Source: the human T2T-CHM13v2.0 reference genome, Homo sapiens. From it: a stretch of DNA of 64,000 nucleotides. Where the stretch lies: NCBI RefSeq assembly GCF_009914755.1, contig NC_060926.1; one strand, 5' to 3'. A model generated the notes under the pieces. The model saw only the letters and a list, made by a program, of their open reading frames with translations, was not told the DNA's origin and ran no database searches. Shown piece by piece: positions 23,767 to 38,450 of this stretch. The position numbers and the translations under genes are program-made. Every line of letters begins with the position of its first letter. Position 1 is the stretch's first letter.

Positions 23767-24612
23767 TAAAAATTTTGTGTCATATAATAGAGCAAAGCCC
23801 TTTGTTTTCAGTTTAATTTAATATTTAGAAAAAAAGCAAATTTACAAATTTGACACCTAAGACATTTGTACTGTAGAAAGAGCATAAGATATATGTGAGA
23901 GGATTTTGACTGAAATATACTCTTGGAAACTATATAATCTTGGAAAAATTGAACTCATCTGTAAATTCCTATATTCTTCCAAGAAAAATGTATAAAATAG
24001 GATAACTTCACAATTCACTAGAAATAAAAAATGAATTTAAAAAGTATTTTTAAATGTCAAAGTATTATATATATATATTTTCCACAGCAACATGGATTTT
24101 TCAAAGTGGAACAGGACATATATGAGTAGATAAAATATTATAAATCAAGAATATAAGTCAAGACATTTGAATTCAACAGAATGCCCTTTCCATCCTTGTT
24201 TTGTGTTTTGGGAAGGTGGGGTGGCTTTTTTCAAGATGAGCAACTAAGGAAAGCTGCTGGTTTTCTATCTGTGAGCAGTAGGGCAGTAAAATAAGTGAGG
24301 TAAATATTTTTGGGAAGAAAGTTTAGTATTGCAAAGGCTGGGTCAAGCTGTTCCCTTATCAGAACTAGTGCTTCTAGAGTATCAAAAGGAGGAATAGGAG
24401 CATAAAATACAATTTTTACTCAACTAAATTAATTCTGTGCCCTTTTCTCCCTCTATAAATTTCTCTCCATATCTCCCCATTCTATATATTGCATATTTTG
24501 TTGATTTTTTTCTCCACGAGATCTTATTATGTAGTAAGAATTAGAAAAAAGGATGTAGATGTAATACTTCACTTTATTTTGTAAATTTGTTTTCAATCTC
24601 TGATTTTGATGG

Positions 24613-24978
24613 TGTCTTAAACTGTTCAGGCTGCTATAACAAAATACTTTAGGCTATGTAATTTATAAATAATAGACATTTATTTCTCACAGTTCTAGAG
24701 GCTGGGAAATCCAAGATCAAAACACCAGCCGATCTGATATCTGGTGAGGACTCCTTCTCCACTTCAGTGGTGGTGCATTGTTGCTGTGTCCTCACATGGT
24801 GGAAAGGAGCAAGGGAGCTCCCTGGAACCTCTTTTATAAGGGTACTAATCCCATTCATGAGGGTAGAGCCCTCATGGCTTAATCACTTCTCAAAGACCCC
24901 ACCTCCTAATACAATCAAATTGAGTATTGTGTTTTAATATATGAATTTGGGGAGGACATGAATATTTATATCATAGCA
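24613..24978 (-). mobile_element. MLT1A/MLT1A0 MaLR solo LTR, complete
   Basis: TG...CA ends, GGCTGCTATAACAAAATAC, TCTCACAGTTCTAGAGGCTGGGAAATCCAAGATCAA. Perfect 5-bp TSD GATGG at 24608-24612 and 24979-24983. Confidence 0.9.
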
Positions 24979-25318
24979 GATGGCACTTAAAAAATTATAT
25001 GCTTAGTATTTGAGAAGTACTCAGCATTTCAAATTTATTGGACATAATTTCTACTAGATAAGGTTCCTTTATTTCAGGCATTTTAAAATTTCTTAACAAT
25101 AGAGAACGTCTTGATACTTGTTTCCTATGTTTAAGCTGAGTGCATTTGTAGGGCTTTTGGTGGGGAATCTCAGAATTTCAGAGTAAGGATTGTTTTTCTT
25201 ATGGCTAGTATGGCACTTGGTCAGTAGCATTGTTTAGAATTTATACTTGTTGATTTCTAGAGAAGTGGTACATTAAATGCAATTGAATAAAAATTAAAGA
25301 CAAACATACAACATAGTA

Positions 25319-25650
25319 CAGTTGTTCCTTGGTATCTGTAAGGGATTGCTATGAGGACCTCCCTCAGGTACCAAATATGTGGGTGCTGAAGTTTCTGATA
25401 TAAAATTATGTAGTATTTGCATATAACCTGTGCACATCCTCCTATATACTTTAAATTCATCTCTAGACCACTTACAGTACCTAACACAATGTAAATGCTA
25501 TATAAATATCTGCTATACTATATTGTTTAGAAAACAATGACTAGAAAAAATGTCCTTACATGTTCAGTAGAGTCATGACTATCCATTTTGTTTCTGAGTA
25601 TTTTCAATCCCTAGTTGGTTGAATCCACAGATGGGAAACCCCATGGATCC
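25319..25650 (+). mobile_element. MER2 DNA transposon, near complete
   Basis: TA|CAGTTGTTCCTTGGTATC...GTAGTATTTGCATATAACCTGTGCACATCCTCC...GTTGGTTGAATCCACAGATG. Confidence 0.87.
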
Positions 25651-27530
25651 CCAATAAAATACACTTGTGTTCTAATACTGGCTGTCTCTGGAGAAATTGC
25701 AGTCTTGCAAATCAGGTGACGTGTGTTAAGGGAGAAAGCTTCTTTTGTTGACTTGAAAAAATTGTGACTTGAATCAAATGCTGATCTCCATACTGGATTA
25801 AACATTAAACTGAATATGAAAGAGGACAGTTGAACCAGTTGAGAACCCACTTTTAAGGAAAAGGGTGTTCTAAAGTATTTGTCTTGACAGCTCTTTTTTA
25901 AGCTTTTTCTTCAGGGCATTATGTTTAGTTATTTCAAGTTTGCTTCTCAGGCTGTTGATTGGAGTCTTGGATTTGCCCTAGAGGCCTCTAAAAACAGAAA
26001 AACAAGTTTCATAAGCAAAGAAATAAAATGGTTGGTGGAAATTCTCTGTTTATGCTGACTCAGGAACAGATGGTACTTCTAATCCTTCTATTAAATGCCC
26101 ATTTATAATGTTCATATCTGTAGCCAACACAGAGCAAGTCTCATGGCTATGAAAGCACAGGATTGTGTAGAATTGAAAGTGAACAGTGCAACAACTGCTA
26201 GTGCCGGGACACTGAATTTTGTTCTTATTATTTTTGTGTGTGTAGTTGAACTAATACTTTGATCTTGTGTTTGGACTGAGAAGGACTCTCCAATGCACCA
26301 GAAGGATTTTTTGATATTGATAATGGTTTTAGAAGTCTTATTTTTACAACTTTTTTTTTTTTGCAATATACCTAAAGGACCTTCATCGTGGTATTAAATT
26401 CAACTTAATTTCATTGGTAAAATATATTTCAAACATATAGGTAAGAGTAAATCTTTGTGTATATAGCATCCAGATGTAATAGTTGTTTATATTTTGAAAT
26501 ATTTGTTTTGTATTGCTTGAAATATTTGTTTTTTTCTTTTAAAAAATATCTATCTATAGATATATATAGATAGATAGAGATACATATCTGTATACATAAT
26601 CACTAAGACCAAAGCACCTTTTTCTTTCCACTTCTTACTTCTCCCAAGGAAATTCAAATCCATGTATTGATTTTTACTTTAATCATATTTATATAAGCCC
26701 ATGAAAATGAATATTGATTGTTCTACTTTTAAAATGCAGGTAAATTGTGTCATTTGCAATTTGTTTCTTTAACTTCATTGTATTTTTCAAAAAATAAAAT
26801 TTTGTTCATGTATTTGAACCACTGGATAGTCTTGCATGTTATGAAAGAGTGTTCAATAATCAGCATTTTATTAATAGATCATTTGTTTCTAATTTTACAT
26901 ATTAACCAGCGTCACTGAAATCTGTATCATTTTAGATGTTTCTTTAGATAAGACAAGGTTTTACAAGTCTACAGAACTATTTAAAGAAGTACTGAGTGGT
27001 AGGGAATATACATCAACAGATTTTCTAAATACTGTAACACACTGCCAAATTGCTCTGCTAAGTGATTACTCCAGTTATACTCTTACCAGCTATTCATGAA
27101 CTCTGTAACTAACACATCCTAACCAGCACCTGGTGTTATTAAATCTTTAAAATTTTGGGCCAGCTGTATTACTGTGAAATGTTACACTGCCATTGTTTTA
27201 ATTTACATTTTTCTGATCCTAGTAAAGTTTAACCTTTTTTCATATAATTATTACTCATTTGATTATCTTCTGAATTATCTATTATTTACTGACTTGTAGG
27301 AGATAGTCATTTTTCTGACGTAAACTTTTATGAGATATGTGTGTTATGACTGTTTTCTCTAAGTTTTGGGCTTTAAATATTTATGTAGGAGTTTTTGTTG
27401 TATAGTACCCTTCAGTTTATTATTAAATTTATTGGTCTCTTCCTTTAAATTTAGTTGGTTTTATTTTAAGGGATCTTAATTACTTTGAGCAAATTCAATT
27501 TTTCCAAATGTTGTGAAGTTTTGCTTTTCA

Positions 27531-28106
<576 letters not shown>

Positions 28107-28797
28107 TTTTACTTTTTGGTCTGTAATCCTTTAGAATTCATTTATCAGTATTATATGAGGTATGATTTAACTTCATCTTTTTTTTTGTTTTAATATGGAT
28201 AGTTGACTTTAACAGAAGAAGTAGAGCATATTTTCTCCATCAAACTGTAGTGCCAAGTCTACCTTCACAAGTTTGTTTATATTGCCATTTGTTTTTACGT
28301 TTTAACTTCCTCAGTGATATGTATATCTATGCCTATATCAATCCCTACTAATTTAATTATTGCAATTGTAAAATAAGTCATGATATCTTGTGGGCATATG
28401 CCCCTGTCATTATTTTTGTCATTTGATCTCTTGTGTAATTTTAGGATCAGCTCTATCAAGCTCTAGAAAAAGGCTTACTGTGATGCTGATTAGAATTTAA
28501 TTGCACTTTTAGATTTATTTAGGAGAACTATCAACTTCATAATTTTGGGTCTCTACATCCTAATGTGTTTTTTAATTACATCTTATTTTATTATGCTTTC
28601 TAGGAGACACATACATGTTGAATGAGATAGATAGGATTTTTTGACTTTATTCCATTTTGTACTTTAAAGGGAATAATTTAATTTTTACCATTATATGTGA
28701 ATCCCTTTTTTAACTTCTGGAAATGGCTATATCAGAGCCTGTGAGAATTATGTAAATTGTAATTAGTTAGGGTACTTGCTTTTTAAAATTTACCTTT

Positions 28798-29223
28798 TGT
28801 AATAAGCAGAAAAATGACTCCTTAAAGATGTCCAGGTCGTAATCCTCAGAACTTGTGAATATATTACCTTACATGGCAAAAGAGACTTTGCAGATGTGGT
28901 TATGTTAAGTATCATACCTAGGTTATCCAGGTGTACCCAGTGACATCACAGAGTCCTTATAAAAAAAAAGTCTGAGAAGAGGATATAATGATGGAAGTAC
29001 AGAATAGATTAATGGGGCCAGTAGTCAAGGAATGTGGGTAACCTCCAGAGGCTGGAATAGACAAGGAATGAACGCTCCCTTGGAGCCTCCAGCAGGAACA
29101 CAGCCCTCTCAATGCCTTGGTGTTATACTTCTGATCTCCAGATAGTAAGGTAATTAATGTGTGTTGATTTAAGCCATTAAGTTTGTGGCAATTTTTTTAC
29201 AGCAATAATAGGAAACAAATATA
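28798..29223 (+). mobile_element. MLT1C/D MaLR LTR
   Basis: GAATATATTACCTTACATGGCAAAAGAGACTTTGCAGATGTG...TTTAAGCCATTAAGTTTGTGGCAATTT...ATAGGAAACAAATA. Confidence 0.85.
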
Positions 29224-30679
29224 CCTTGTAATGAAATTGTTTTACAAGGCTCTGATGGGATTCAACGTAATAATAAAAAAGTGCCTTTAATATTATGTAT
29301 CAAATAACAAACGTTGTCATAGTGTGAAGAGTTTGTTGGTTTAGTGACATTAATCTAGAAGTAGAGGCATTTAGAGGAGGTTCAGTCTTACCAGTTACAC
29401 ATTCATCATTTATACACAGGCCCCTGGAGAGTGGGCCAGGATTTAATAAGGCTAGCTGAATATAAGGGAGGTAGCCAGTTGTAATAAGGAGATTCTAGAC
29501 TAGATTTTTTAAGATCTGATAGTCACTTCTTTACAGAAGTGTTCCCAGCAAAGCCAATTCTCCTCTTGGGAACTTGGTTTCCTTTTTTTAAAATAGGGTT
29601 TATAATATCTTCTATCTCAAGGAGTTGTTGGGAGAAATAAATAAAATCTTACAACTAATTCTCAAATTATATACAAAATAATATGGTAAGAGGAACTCCA
29701 CTCCCTGGGGCCCACATGAAGGAAGGAGAACTGGAAAGAGGAAAACAAATTGGTAATGACAATGGATGTGAGACTCTTTTAACTGTTGCTATTACATTGA
29801 ACTGGCTATTGACTTAAAAATGTAAATAGCCTCAGGTGGTTAGAGGGCTGGGAAGCTTTAAGCTACTTGGACTAGAGAAATAAAAAGCGGGTAGGGAGGA
29901 GTGGATAAAATGCCTTGTAAGTGGTCTCATGGAAAGTGCAGAGAAAATTTCATTTTACCATGAATTATCTTCTCAGATTAGAAATTTAATTTCTCCAAGC
30001 CTCAGTTTCTTCATCTGTAACGTGACAACTGCAACTGTTGTGATGATAAAGGGAAATAATATAATGACAATACCCATTCCATTATATCTGTAACTTTGGA
30101 ATTCACATTTCCGACAGTCAATTTTGTGAGAACTTTATTAAAAGCATAAATATCTTAGAGTGCACCTTTTAAATTTGTTTTATATGCTGCTAACAGAATT
30201 AATCTAGTCTCTTGTCTGTGTCTACCTAATAAGGCTTAGAAGCTAATGTGCTGTCAAGAAGAAATAAACGGAATCTTTTTCTTCCCCATTGGATTTTCTC
30301 TAGGTGGGGCTGTAGTTTTCATCCTTTTAAGGTGTTTCTGCACAGGCCTAGGCTGCTTGGAATACTAGTATTTCTTACTAAGATGAATGCTTATTCTTTT
30401 CAGCTGCTTCTTTTTTTTTTTTCCTGCATTACTTTTGATGGCCTGGAGGATGTGAGATAGTGCTGATCCATGTCACCATCGACCATCTATTCCGGGGACA
30501 CAGAATGTGATAGGCTTTCTTTATGAGAGAAAGATTTGGAAGTAGGTACTCACTTCAGGGTCTTCCCAGCAGCTGTTAGAACACCAAGAAGCTAGAATGC
30601 AGAAGAAGAATCACTTGCAGAGTAGAGGAAAGCTAGGTTTTCCCCTTTCTACTGAAGGGAAGTATGATATGGTAGGATC

Positions 30680-30895
30680 TTGCATAGTGAGAGATGCTGA
30701 GAATCAAACCCCAGCTGTACCTTCTAGCTTCCAGCTTCTAGCTTCTAGCTGCTAGAGCTGGGCAAGTGACTTTTCTTTGTGTAGGCTTAGTTTTCTTTTT
30801 CTTAAAATGAAGATATTTCAGAGGTTAGATAGAAACAAGTGAAAAGATTTAGCTTTGAATGTAGCATATACAAACTAGGTATTTAACAAATACTA
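30680..30895 (+). mobile_element. MIR fragment
   Basis: ATCAAACCCCAGCT...CTGGGCAAGTGACTT...GCTTAGTTTTCTTTTTCTTAAAATGAAGATA. Confidence 0.5.
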
Positions 30896-31589
30896 CGTCC
30901 CTTCTTTCTCTCTGTTGTTCAAGTGCTAATATGAGGAATGATTTTTAAAGAGTCTATGCTGCATATCATAGATATTGTCTGATGGTCTATAAATTAGGAT
31001 GTTGCTGATTATGTGTATCACACCTGAAATATACAGAATTGTCATTCAAACTGAGACAGTCTCTCTGTTCTCAAGTGTGATATCAATGTTAGTTGTCAGC
31101 TTACTACATGATTGAATTTCTTAAGCACGAAAAGTGCTAGCAGTATCTCCATTATATTCTGGGCTAAAATAAAGATTAAGAGTAATGAAAGTGTTTATTT
31201 AAAAGGAGCATTAAGGGGTGAAAATATCTCTGATTATATTTTTAGAATGCCCTCCTCTCTTTTACCCTTTGGTTGTTTTGTTTTGATCAGATTAGGCTTG
31301 ATCAGCCTTCAGAATCTCATGGCTGCTTAGTCGCCAACACAACCATGGTATGGCCACTTAATGACTGTGTGGACTTTTGTATAGACAACTTGCCTTCCAT
31401 CCTGTATCATATTTCACAGAAGAAAATGTTGAATACTACATACAGCCTGGCATTGGCATGAATAATTAAAATAATAGCCATTAATCTTCCTTCTACTCTA
31501 AGGAATATTCAGGCACACTCACCTTTTTGATTACATCTTCTTCTAACTTTCTTGAGTGAATATTGAGAATTACTGCAATTTTCTACAGC

Positions 31590-31815
31590 CGGTGGTGTCC
31601 AATCTTTTGGCTTCCCTGGGCTACATTGGAAGAATAATTATTTTGGGCCACATGTAAAATGCACTAGCCCTAACAATAGCTGATAATCTAATTAAAAAAA
31701 AGATCTGGGCATAAATCTCATAATGTTTTAAGAAAGTGTATAAATTTGTGTTGGACCTCATTCAAAGCCGTCATGGGCTGCATGCAGCCTAAGGGCCATG
31801 GGTTGGACAAGCTTG
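31590..31815 (+). mobile_element. MER30 hAT-Charlie MITE, complete
   Basis: GGTGTCCAATCTTTTGGCTTCCCTGGGCTACATTGGAAGA...CATTCAAAGCCGTC...GGGTTGGACAAGCTTG. Confidence 0.9.
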
Positions 31816-31854
31816 TTATCCTCCATCAACACTAGCCCTCTCTTGGATCCTTGG

Positions 31855-32535
31855 ATGCCCCATGCTTTTTGTATTTCAAAGCCTTTGCACATATTGTTTG
31901 CTCTAGTGGAAATGGCCATTGATGCTCTCCACCCCCCAAACATACACCCACATACACACTTTTGCCTACTTAAAAACTTCTACACTTTAGAACATTATTT
32001 CTCAAGGTGGGCACGATTGACATTTAGGATCAGGTAGTTTGTCGGGGGGAAGGGGCATGAGGGCTGTGCTATGCATTTTAGGTGTTTAGCAGCATCTCTT
32101 GCCTCTACCCACCATAGTGGCTGTAGCATTCTCCAGAGCCCTAGTTATGGCAACCAAAAGAAATTTGCCCAATGTCCCATGGGGAGCAAACTCACCTTCG
32201 ATTGAGAACCACTGCTTTAGAGTTTACTGCAAATGTTACTTGCTTATTAAGGAAGGCTTCTTTTATCCCCTGAAATAACTTGGCTTCTTTCAGCCCTTAT
32301 TCATTCTCAAGCCATTCTATCCTATTCGTCTATCAAAGTCTCCTTTGTGGCACTTATTACCAGTTTCAACTACAGAAGGAATATTTATATACATATTTTG
32401 CATTAATTTCTCTTGCTTGAATGTAAAGCCCAAAAAGAAGTGACTTGTTCTGCCTGGTTCCCTACTGTATTTCTAGTGCCTAGCATACTGCCTTGCACAT
32501 AGTTGGCACTCAGTATGCATTTGTGAACTGAATGA
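31855..32535 (+). mobile_element. L2 3' region, interrupted by MER20
   Basis: GCCTTTGCACAT...; 3' end CTAGTGCCTAGCATACTGCCTTGCACATAGTTGGCACTCAGTATGCATTTGTGAACTGAATGA. Confidence 0.72.
31993..32214 (-). mobile_element. MER20 hAT-Charlie element, complete
   Basis: TIR end GATTGAGAACCACTG, internal GTTTAGCAGCATCTCTTGCCTCTACCCAC. 8-bp TSD CTTTAGAA / CTTTAGAG. Confidence 0.88.
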
Positions 32536-32659
32536 TCTTTGATTTTGGTTCTGTTTATTCCTACTACATAAAACTAGTATTTTTGAAACTAGCGAATATT
32601 TGCAGTTATCAGAATCCTAACAGTGAATTTTGTTATTGTGATTATATTAATAGTTAGCC

Positions 32660-33215
32660 TAGTGGTTCCTTAACTGGGTGCCACAGCACTACAGTGAACT
32701 CTTGGGACGCTGTGGAATATTTTAATCTTCAAAGAAAATACAATAACTTTACATACATCCTGGAAACTACTAGTTCTAGTTAGTTCAGTTTCAACATTAT
32801 AGCACATTACATTACTTTTTCAATGTCATATCTTTGCAAAGGTGTATTTTTGACAGTTGCTGTGATGAAAAAGCAAATACTAGAAGAAAAATCAATCTGG
32901 AACAGAAAACAAGGGTAGTGATATTTAGTCTGATTCTAAGATTCCAGAAACGGTGTGGCGCCAAACAGTTGCACACACGCCATTAGTAAGTAACCGTGGT
33001 TACTAAAGAATGAAATGAAATGCTATTTTTCTGTTTAAGTGTACTAGTTTTTAAAATGACTATCAGGTTGCTAAGGACATAAATAATTAGTAGGTTGCTT
33101 GAATTTAACTACTTAAGAAGTAGAACAATAGATATTTCTTTCTGCAAAAGGACGTAATGAGCAAAATTACTGAAACGGTAAGGGGGTGATGAAGTGAGAA
33201 AGTTCAGAATCTCTG
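32660..33215 (+). mobile_element. MER119-like hAT-Charlie DNA transposon, near full length
   Basis: TAGTGGTTCCTTAACTG...CAGTTTCAACATTA...GTTGCTGTGATGAAAAAGCAA...CCATTAGTAAGTAA...GAGAAAGTTCAGAATCTCTG. Confidence 0.72.
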
Positions 33216-33524
33216 CATTAACCAGTTTAACCATTTTCATTCTAACCACTTTCTTTTTATAGACACTATTTTGCATTTCCTTATGTAAGCAATAATATAT
33301 TTTAACAGGTCTGAGTGTAGTATATTCATGCCATGATATATCATTGTGACCTGTAGAATATATGGCAAGAAACTTAGGAAAGATAAAGGTTGCAGGTTTT
33401 CTTCTGCTGTGATGCTGAAGCTCAATATTCAAAGAAACCGGTATTGATTTTAGAGGCTTTTCCAGGTTACCCAAAGTGGATAAAAGAAATTTTAATAAAA
33501 ATGATCCATAATTATTTATATATT

Positions 33525-33841
33525 ATTTATTTGTTTATTTATTTTTATTTTATATATTTTTTGAGACGGAATCTCACTCTGTCACCCAGGCTGGAGTACA
33601 GTGGCATGATCTTGGCTCACTGAAACCTCCACCACCGGGTTCGACTGATTCTTCTGCCTCAGCCTCCTTAGTAGCTGGGACTACAGGCACATGCCATCAT
33701 GCCTGGCTAATTTTTGTATTTTCAGTAGAGATGGGGTTTCACCATATTGGACAGGCTGGTCTCGAACTCCTGACCTCGTGACCCGCCCACCTCGGCCACC
33801 GAAAGTGCTGGGATTACAGGCATGAGCCACTGTGCCTGGCC
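33525..33841 (-). mobile_element. AluS (Sg-like)
   Basis: Dimeric Alu with CAGGCTGGTCTCGAACTCCTGACCTCGTGA and an AT-rich tail. Confidence 0.9.
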
Positions 33842-34181
33842 TAATTTTTATTTTTATAGGGGCCATCTATCTGTTAATGCCGAAACTAAACTGTAATGCT
33901 GAGTAGATGTTAGACTTTATCACTGTATCTGCCAGAGGGTTACTAAGCTACTCACAAGTTATTAATATCTAGATATTAATACTAGATAAGACTCTTAGAA
34001 GAATTTATTTGGAATAGGTCTTAACTGTCACTTTTAATTCAACTATAAATCTCTTTTTGTCTTTTCAGTAATTTTCACTCATTTGTACCACAGGTTTCAA
34101 AAATGGAATTGTAATTAAATCAGTTATTTTAGCTGAGAATGCAAATTGTGCTAACTGCTAGTACATTCTTTACCTTTTTTT

Positions 34182-36785
<2,604 letters not shown>

Positions 36786-36796
36786 TTAATGGACTC

Positions 36797-36849
36797 TATA
36801 TACTATCCCAACATTCTGTGGTTATATGACAATGTTGGGATAGTATATA
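36797..36849. repeat. Perfect inverted repeat, 19-bp arms, 15-nt spacer
   Basis: TATATACTATCCCAACATT (36797-36815) and its exact reverse complement AATGTTGGGATAGTATATA (36831-36849). Confidence 0.95.
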
Positions 36850-37844
36850 CAGAAATGGGTGGAAGGAAAGCTTTATGAATCCCAAAACTAATAATAAATT
36901 TTGCTTATTGGTATCATTCCTCCTTTGATAGTTTTAATGAAAAGTTTTCAGTAAAAAATTCAAGCCTTTTAAAAGACATTTTAAATAAGATGATTATATC
37001 TTCAGCACTATGTTATTACTGGTTCTGAAAAAGTATTTCTAATGATAGATTAAGTTTCAGAATGAGTTGCACACCTTAACTGAGGAGACAAGTATGTCAT
37101 CGGGAGCCAATTCAACAATCTACAATTCTCAGTATCAAACATATTTGCCACAAAATTTATAATCATGAGCTTTACTTTGCTTCATTACACCTTCTCCTTA
37201 GCACATAGCTTCCATTTAACTGCCCTCTGAACAATCTTCTTTGAAATCCCAGATATTGTACACTAAAGTAATTTGTGAAGAATTTGTATCACTGGGACTT
37301 CTTAGAAAGAGGAGTAGAATTCATGTTGATGGAAATCTTCCTGGTTCTTAATTCTGTTCCGTCGTAGCTCTTGGAAACTGGGAGGAGCATTTTTGGCAGC
37401 TTGAAGAAATTTGAGAAATGGGATTTTTTTTTTTTGCCGCAATTTCTTCTTTTTCTCTTTCTTTCTTGCCTGTAGTGTTTTAAGGATATATTATTGTGTA
37501 GTATCTTGATCATTTCCTTCCACTGTTATTAGATGATTTTGTGATTCAAATGAGTTGTCCTCAGTCTATTTCATTTATTACACTGCTGATTCTTTTTAAA
37601 TCATAGTTTTATTGTTGTTTTGGAATTTTGAGAAGTACTTAAGAATAGGTTAGGAATCATAGGGATCCATAAAGATCCTCTAATTTTCATTCACTAGAAA
37701 AGTAGTTTTGTTACTCCTTATTGTAGTCTCTGGATGACAGCTGTTCTATAACAAAATACTCAAGACATCATTTTGAAGGTGCAAAAAGAATTTGATTTAT
37801 ATGATAAATTTGTGGTTGTGAAAATATTAAATTTATTTTCATAG

Positions 37845-38178
<334 letters not shown>

Positions 38179-38264
38179 CAAGAAGATAATTTTCAATGGT
38201 TATTTGTTAAAGGAAATTTATCTGGAAGAGGAAGGGGAAAAAAGCTATTGATTCTGTCCCCCAT

Positions 38265-38450
38265 GTAAAACAGGGCTTTTTAATCAATGATGTTGGGACA
38301 AGTGAACAATCATCTGGAAGAGAAAATAAATTTGGATTCATCACTTACATAAGCTAAATTGCAAATATATCAAATATTTAAATATATAACCTGAAAGCAT
38401 GAAAGTAGTAGATGAAAATACTGGAGAATTGCTTTATAATCATGGAGTGA
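38265..38450 (+). mobile_element. Old L1M ORF2 fragment
   Basis: AATGATGTTGGGACAAGTG...AAAGTAGTAGATGAAAATACTGGAGAAT resembles the L1 KWCW...LEEN region. Confidence 0.6.

Noticed and set aside
30720-30760. (CTTCTAG)n and other small tandem duplications (4390-4450, 44887-44911, 49077-49096)
   Set aside because: Ordinary slippage products with no spacer structure, so not CRISPR-like or otherwise organised arrays.
37289-37513. 74 aa basic ORF with NLS-like RKRKRR/KKKK, considered as a processed pseudogene
   Set aside because: The basic run comes from T-rich simple sequence on the plus strand. I see no recognisable parent protein, poly(A) tail or TSD.
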